Assembly (NCBI GenBank): GCA_963742075.1
Contig: CAVUKR010000006.1
Coordinates: 138,727-202,726, forward strand
Direction of reading: 5' to 3'
Source of the DNA: an uncultured Chloroflexia bacterium
GTDB taxonomy: Bacteria; Chloroflexota; Limnocylindria; Limnocylindrales; CSP1-4
DNA length: 64,000 bases
Part shown: positions 60,076-64,000 of the stretch, in pieces
How positions within the stretch are numbered: position 1 is the first letter of the stretch
How the letters are laid out: each line of letters begins with the position of its first letter
The notes under the pieces: model-generated
Database searches by the model: none
Told to the model about the DNA's origin: nothing
Seen by the model: only the letters and a program-made list of their open reading frames with translations
Made by a program: the position numbers and the translations under genes

Positions 60076-61144
60076 GTGGATCCGCAGTCGTCCGCCTGGC
60101 TGACCGCCGCTCGCCGGGGCCGGTGTCATCGCCGGGCTCGTCCTCCTCGTCCGCGGGATGCGCGACTACCGGTCGCTCCTCCGGGTCGCGGACACGTCCA
60201 CGTCCACGATCAGCTCGCTCGCGGCGGGCGAGGTGAGGATCAGCGGCACCGTCGAACCGGCCGAGATGACCCTCGTGTCGCTGCTCCAGAGCGTGCCGTG
60301 CGTCTACTACCGGTCGACGATCCGCAGCGGCGGCGACCCGCGGACCCCCGATTCGGGCTACACGGAGGAGCGCTCGATCGGCTTTCGGGTCCGCGATGCG
60401 AGCGGCGCCGTCCGCGTCTTCCCGCGGGGCGCCCGGTTCGATGCCGCGCTCCGGTTCGAGGGCGAGACCGGGATCGCCGGCGACGAGCCGCCGGGCCTGG
60501 ACCTCCGCCGCGAGGGCTCGACCCAGCTCGGCGAGACCGATCGGGCCATGGCGGTCGCGGCACTGCTCGAGGTCAGGGAGCCCGACGCCCCGACCCTCCG
60601 ACCCGCGCTGCTCGACCGGCGCGGCCGGCGGTCGTACCGCGAGACACGGCTCGAACCCGACGACCCCGTGACGATCGTCGGTCGTGCCCTCCCCTTCTCC
60701 GACCTCGAGGACCCCGCCGGCGCCGATGCCGGCACCGGATCGGACCCGCTCCTCGACGACCCCGAGATCGCGGCCGACCTGGAGGAGGCCCGGGCGACCG
60801 GGGATCTCGCCGACGACCCGGCGGCCGCGTGGGGCAACGCCGCGATCCCCGGCTTCGGGATCGGGCGGCCGGTCAGCGCCCCGGTCATCGACCCGGCCGC
60901 GCATCCGTTGCCGCTGGCCGGCCACGACGAGGCCGCGCGAGTCGAGCGCACGTTCTCGATCGCACCCGAGACGCTCGTGGTCGCCGCGTCCGACGAGGTG
61001 CCGTTGCTGATCGCGTACGGGGTCCCGGGCGAGGTGGTCGAGCGCAGCCGGGCGCGATTCCTGGTCGGGCTGCTCGGCGCCGTCCTCGCCATCGTCTCGG
61101 CGATGGTCGTCGCGATCAATCTCGGCGGCGGGTTCGGCCGATGA
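60076..61144 (+). pseudogene. GIDE-like membrane protein (the LemA partner family), N-terminal frameshift
   Basis: Body is in ORF 60158..61144 (VRISGTVEPAEMTLVSLLQSVPCVYY...). Its TM helix (LAGAGVIAGLVLLVRG) lies upstream in-frame without a start codon. The ATG at 60076 is in another frame, so a shift is inferred at about 60105. Confidence 0.45.
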
Positions 61145-61717
61145 ACCCACCCGTCGCGGCCGCGATCTTCGCCGTGGTCCTCGCCGTCGCCGTCGGCGGT
61201 TTCATCGTGCTGACAAGCTACAACGCTGTCGTGGCACTCCGGCAGCGGATCGACAAGGCCTGGGCGAACATCGACGTCGTCCTCAAGCAGCGCCACGACC
61301 AGCTCCCCAACCTCGTCGCCGCGGTCCGCGGCCTGATGGCGTACGAGCAGGGGGTCCTGACCCGGGTCACCGAGCTCCGAGCGGCGTACGTCCCGACCGC
61401 CCCGATCCCCGACCAGGCCGCGACCTCCGAGGCGACGAGCGCGGCCGTTCGCTCGCTGTTCGCCGTGGTCGAGCGGTACCCGGACATCAAGGCGCAGGCC
61501 AACGTGCAGGACCTCCAGGACCAGATCGAACGGCTCGAGGCGATGATCGCGGACCGGCGGGAGCTCTACAACGACCAGGTCTACCGGTACAACACGGCCA
61601 TCTCGCAGGTCCCGGGCGACCCTGCTGGCACCGCTCTTCGGCTGGCGACCGCGCCAGTTCTTCGTCGCCGACCCGGCCGACGCGATCCGACCCGACACGG
61701 ACCTGCGGACGACCTGA
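61141..61717 (+). pseudogene. lemA: LemA family protein, C-terminal frameshift
   Basis: TM helix plus VLTSYNAVVALRQRIDKAWANIDVVLKQRHDQLPNLV. The last about 30 aa (LLAPLFGWRPRQFFVADPADAIRPDTDLRTT*) are in a different frame from about 61615. The ATG overlaps the upstream stop. Confidence 0.75.
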
Positions 61718-61719
61718 CC

Positions 61720-62313
61720 GTGGTCGACGCCGAGGAGCGGCCGGCTCTCTGGCTCGTCCGTCACGGCGAGACCGAGTGGGCCCGGCTGGGCCGCCACACG
61801 GGCCGGACCGATGTCCCGCTGACCGACGCCGGACGTGCCCAGGCCCGCGCGATCGGGCGGCGCCTCGCCGATCAGCGGTTCGCGCTGGTCCTCACCAGCC
61901 CGCTGTCCCGCGCCGCGGAGACGGCGGCCCTGGCCGGGTTCGGGAGCGTTGCGGTCGCCGACGAGGACCTGCGCGAATGGGATTACGGCACCCTCGAAGG
62001 ACGCGTGACCGACGAGATCCGGGCCGAATTCCCGGGGTGGACCATCTGGCGAGGGCCGTGGCCGGACGGCGAGACGATCGAGCAGGTCGCCGCCCGCGCC
62101 GATCGGGTCATCGCCCGTGTCCGCGCGGCAACAGGTGACGCCCTCGTGTTCGGGCACGGCCACCAGCTGCGGGTCCTGGCCGCCCGCTGGCTGGAGCTGC
62201 CGCCGACGTCGGGCGCGCTGTTCGCCCTCGGGACGGCCACGATCTCGATCCTCGGCTGGGAGCGCGAGGCACCGGTCGTCGAGACCTGGAACGAGTCGTG
62301 CCAAGGCGCCTAA
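61720..62313 (+). CDS. Histidine phosphatase family protein (phosphoglycerate mutase-like)
   Basis: LWLVRHGETEW catalytic motif from the GTG at 61720. About 197 aa. The ORF track fuses it to lemA through the frameshift. Confidence 0.75.
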   Translation: MVDAEERPALWLVRHGETEWARLGRHTGRTDVPLTDAGRAQARAIGRRLADQRFALVLTSPLSRAAETAALAGFGSVAVADEDLREWDYGTLEGRVTDEIRAEFPGWTIWRGPWPDGETIEQVAARADRVIARVRAATGDALVFGHGHQLRVLAARWLELPPTSGALFALGTATISILGWEREAPVVETWNESCQGA

Positions 62314-62557
62314 CGCGGGCCGGCGCCGCTCGTGGCGAGTCTGGAATCCAGCGTCGTCGCTCAGCCTGCCGGTCGGTTCGGGACGTTCGGCTCTCGACCA
62401 CGCGTTCGACCCCGCGACGGCGATGCGGCGACCGTCGTCAAGCGAGGCTCGCATCGGCTACACCCCAGCGCGGGACGTGGTTCGAGGCTTCGCTCACACG
62501 CCGGTCTCGGTGACGATCGAGATGGTCCTGACGCGGGGCGGCGGCAGTGCGCATGCA

Positions 62558-62696
62558 TCACGTCCCAGTCACCCGGATTGACCGCAGCGGCGAGCACTCT
62601 CACCAGCACCTCATCGCGCCGCATGACCGGCACATCGACGTCTTCGAGCGCGAGAACACCGGGTGGGCCGTACTCGTGATTGACGATCGCCTTCAT
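62558..62696 (-). pseudogene. 5' remnant of a zinc-type alcohol dehydrogenase / quinone oxidoreductase (MDR family) gene
   Basis: MKAIVNHEYGPPGVLALEDVDVPVMRRDEVLVRVLAAAVNPGDWDVM is a typical MDR N-terminus (about 47 aa). It is then followed by non-homologous sequence, and no continuation is found in any frame. Confidence 0.45.
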
Positions 62697-62815
62697 ACAT
62701 CGCTCCTGAGGCTCCGGTCGATTTGCGCCCGCTGGGCCGGAGGCACCCGTCGATCCGCGGGTCGGCGGAAGGTCAGCGCCGGGTGACGCTGGACCTTCTC
62801 CATCGTCGGGCCGTT

Positions 62816-63577
62816 CTACGCTGCTGACCCCGACGCACTGGTCGCGGCGGCCCGCCACCGCGACGTGTCACCGGCAGCCTCGGCTGCGATGGCAGATGGG
62901 TTGAAGCCCTTGGCGATCAGCCAAACGGCCAAGACCATCTCCTGCACCGCGAGCGGGGCCATGAGGACGTCGAGCGAGTGCCCGAACATGCTCCCAAGCG
63001 GCGCCAGAATGTACAGCGCGGCCCCCACGAGCCCCCAGGTGGACAGCCACCGGGGCACGAGCCGCGACTGGTAGAGCAGGACGTAGAACATCAGCGCGCC
63101 GAGAACGAACGGGATGGCGACCAGCTGGTTCCAGATCACGGTGTCGGCCGTGCGCACGAAACCGGCGAGTGGTGCCGCATCCGGCTCCGTGCTGAGCGCG
63201 ATCAACACGAGCCACCCGAGCGCGCTGACGATGTAGAAGACCGTCTCGAGCGCACCACGGAAGACGACGTACCCCATGGCCAGCGTCTCGTTGTACCTCT
63301 TGCCGATCGGCCAGAACACGACCGGGACCATCGCAAGCGCGAAGGCCGACACCAGGACGAGCAGGGCTCGGATGGCCACCTGGTTCGGCTGCGCCGCGAC
63401 TTGGGCCAGCAGGGCGGGGCCCGTCAGGGCTGCGTCCATGGCGACCAGGCTGAGTACCAGGGCAACGGTTCCGATGATGAACAGCACGCCGATCCAGACG
63501 GCGGCCTTCCGATCCGCGCTCATGCCAGGCTTCTTCGTAGCGACGGCGACCGTTCTGTTCGTATCCATCCTCTTCAC
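62816..63577 (-). CDS. DUF4386 family membrane protein
   Basis: 253-aa polytopic ORF. The DUF4386 assignment is tentative. Confidence 0.55.
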   Translation of the reverse strand: MKRMDTNRTVAVATKKPGMSADRKAAVWIGVLFIIGTVALVLSLVAMDAALTGPALLAQVAAQPNQVAIRALLVLVSAFALAMVPVVFWPIGKRYNETLAMGYVVFRGALETVFYIVSALGWLVLIALSTEPDAAPLAGFVRTADTVIWNQLVAIPFVLGALMFYVLLYQSRLVPRWLSTWGLVGAALYILAPLGSMFGHSLDVLMAPLAVQEMVLAVWLIAKGFNPSAIAAEAAGDTSRWRAAATSASGSAA

Positions 63578-63644
63578 CTATCGTTGCGGGAGGCCCGCGG
63601 GCCTCGCCTGTGCGTTTGAGATGCTCGAGGTCCGGTGAGGACCC

Positions 63645-64000
63645 CTACACAGGTCGGGGCGACAGGATGACGACCGCGGTCTCCCGCGAGCGACGCGCGG
63701 CGAAGGCGTCGAGATCCTTGTCGTAGGTGGCCTGCATGGCCCAGAGGCGCGGCCGCTCGTCCTCGTCCGCCGCACGTGCGTGGACGGCGCGCGACCCACC
63801 GGGCAGATCGACGGTGACGTCGGGATGCGCCTGCAGGTTGAGCCACCAGGCGGGCTCGGGATCGGCCCAGCCGTTCATGGCCATGGTGACCAGGTCGGGA
63901 CCGTCCTCGAAGTAGCCGAGGATGGCCGTCCGCTCCTTGCCGCTGCGGCGCCCGACCGTCCGCAGGCGCAGCATGCCCCAGCGGTCGGCCGTCGCGGTCC
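63645..64000 (-). CDS. Deazaflavin (F420H2)-dependent nitroreductase family protein (DUF385), N-terminus beyond the window
   Basis: Contains ...GRRSGKERTAILGYFEDGPDLVTMAMNGWADPEPAWWLNLQAHPDVTV...VVILSPRP, typical of Ddn-like proteins. The ORF continues in frame to the window edge. Confidence 0.6.
   Translation of the reverse strand, partial: TATADRWGMLRLRTVGRRSGKERTAILGYFEDGPDLVTMAMNGWADPEPAWWLNLQAHPDVTVDLPGGSRAVHARAADEDERPRLWAMQATYDKDLDAFAARRSRETAVVILSPRPV

Overview
This is a 64-kb, roughly 70% GC segment of a bacterial chromosome. I could not find any mobile element, CRISPR array or clear defence system. FtsA, an Sbp/DUF1290 protein and murB all sit inside the division/cell-wall (dcw) cluster, which points to a deep-branching high-GC Gram-positive-like lineage such as Thermoleophilia or Rubrobacteria; this placement is a guess. 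Gene content from start to end is as follows. (1) A dipeptide/oligopeptide ABC importer on the minus strand: a fragment of the oppF N-terminus, an ATPase, two permeases, and a substrate-binding protein disrupted by three frameshifts. (2) The glycine cleavage operon gcvT-gcvH-gcvPA-gcvPB, preceded by a NUDIX gene. (3) Aconitase. (4) A K+ channel, two DinB-family genes and tRNA-Val(CAC). (5) A long dcw cluster on the minus strand: mraZ-rsmH-ftsL-ftsI-murF-mraY-murD-ftsW-murG-murB-ddl-ftsQ-sbp-ftsA-yjbQ-ftsZ-yggS, with no murE or murC. (6) RNase P RNA, RNase H, sdhCAB and an NAD-dependent isocitrate dehydrogenase. (7) An ECF sigma factor paired with a TolB-like beta-propeller, both degraded by frameshifts. 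(8) sucCD. (9) A methylmalonyl-CoA module: epimerase, a split-type mutase catalytic subunit, and acyl-CoA carboxylase alpha and beta subunits. (10) parA-parB, flanked by three copies of an 18-bp palindrome and a pair of DnaA boxes. (11) A UbiA prenyltransferase, plsC and a DUF3145 gene. (12) Envelope-stress-like modules: LiaF-like/PspC and GIDE-like/LemA/histidine phosphatase. (13) A quinone oxidoreductase remnant, a DUF4386 protein, and a partial deazaflavin-dependent nitroreductase at the window edge. The most striking feature is about 25 frameshifts in conserved and even essential genes (murD, gcvPA/PB, mcm, accA, pccB, parA, ubiA and others). They cluster in the 0-8 kb and 41-62 kb intervals, while long genes such as acnA, ftsI and sdhA are intact. 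Uncorrected indel errors in the assembly are the most parsimonious explanation; the alternative is genuine gene decay. Many long ORFs in the six-frame track are antisense or alternative-frame artefacts of high-GC DNA, and I did not annotate them.
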